From positions 672,001 to 736,000 of the forward strand of contig CAWJGT010000003.1 of NCBI GenBank assembly GCA_963842525.1: a DNA stretch of 64,000 nucleotides, written 5' to 3'. Every line of letters starts with the position of its first letter. The first letter of the stretch is position 1. Positions 63,521 through 64,000 of this stretch are shown in pieces. The notes below the pieces were generated by a model, which had not been told where the DNA came from, ran no database searches, and saw only the letters and a list, made by a program, of their open reading frames with translations. Source of the stretch: an uncultured Holophagales bacterium (GTDB lineage Bacteria > Acidobacteriota > Thermoanaerobaculia > Multivoradales > UBA5704). Both the position numbers and the translations under genes were made by a program.

Positions 63521-63942
63521 AACTGAGTGGGGAGCAATCCCTTCTGACCGCCGTGCAGAAGTCAGCAGAGGGCATAGTATATTAGAGGCGAGAGCCTCGA
63601 AGGTCCTGAACGGTGCCCCGGTCAGGACCGGGGTGAATGAGAGGAGAAGTCGCTTCGTGAGGAACCACGGCATTGCATCTGTCAAGCAGCGAAAGCTGCC
63701 TCTGGCTTGTCCGGAGGATGAAGCCGGGGTTAGGTCACGGGGGAGGACACTCCGGTTTGTCCCACGAACCGGCTGGAGCGGGAGTTGGAGCCATCCAATC
63801 CAACATCAGTTCCCGCGACGGCAGTTCGCCGAAGGGCGAATGGCAAGAGGGGCCGACCGAATCAGCCGAACCGCCGTGTACGTGACCCGTATGCACGGTG
63901 GTGTGGGAGGAGGGGGTCCGTGAGGGCCCCCCCTATCCCGAT
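63521..63942 (+). mobile_element. 5'-truncated, ORF-less group II intron (class IIC-like)
   Basis: GCAGAAGTCAGCAGAGGGCATAGTA; DV GAACCGCCGTGTACGTGACCCGTATGCACGGTGGTGT with CGC triad; DVI ending CCCCCTATCCCGAT; no RT motifs in DIV. Confidence 0.88.
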
Positions 63943-64000
63943 TAGGCGGCAGGGGGAAACGCACGTGACAACACAAACGCTATACCTGAGCAGAGCCTAT

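Noticed and set aside
63300-63942. Retron, DGR or intron-encoded reverse transcriptase
   Set aside because: No YxDD-containing RT ORF seen in the window.

Overview
GC-rich bacterial DNA, most likely Acidobacteriota (Thermoanaerobaculia-like, inferred from gene families and repeat types). Many single-base frameshifts fall inside otherwise intact genes, which suggests an unpolished long-read assembly, so frameshifts are not treated as biology. From left to right: (1) 1-6.1 kb, a candidate RiPP locus: two ABC permeases divergent from a radical SAM/SPASM enzyme, a 74-aa Cys-containing precursor-like peptide and a fulvocin C-related protein. Three sigma54-type promoters and a shared GGGTA-N6-TACCC palindrome tie these genes together. 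(2) 6-18 kb, a hydrolase with an internal deletion, a prokaryotic pentameric ligand-gated channel, tandem KP-43-like S8 proteases, two small unannotated ORFs, a DUF4097-like protein and a large secreted protein. (3) 18-40 kb, a CheB/CheR hybrid kinase segment bracketed by a 413-bp duplication of the nadE promoter-proximal leader and 5' end, then nadE, two-component genes, Ser/Thr kinases, a CHAT protein, a LysM-FecR protein, and a sigma54 activator with a divergent candidate sigma54 sRNA. (4) 40.5-58.9 kb, a C / PKS-NRPS / NRPS assembly line with no thioesterase, whose coding sequence carries eight in-frame palindromic REP-like insertions. (5) 59-64 kb, a decayed toxin-antitoxin pair and nested mobile elements (a DUF6431-like gene split by a 268-bp MITE, a RAYT unit, an ORF-less group IIC intron remnant). 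A module of small helical gene, terminator and 21-bp palindromic repeat array occurs twice with unrelated repeat sequences.
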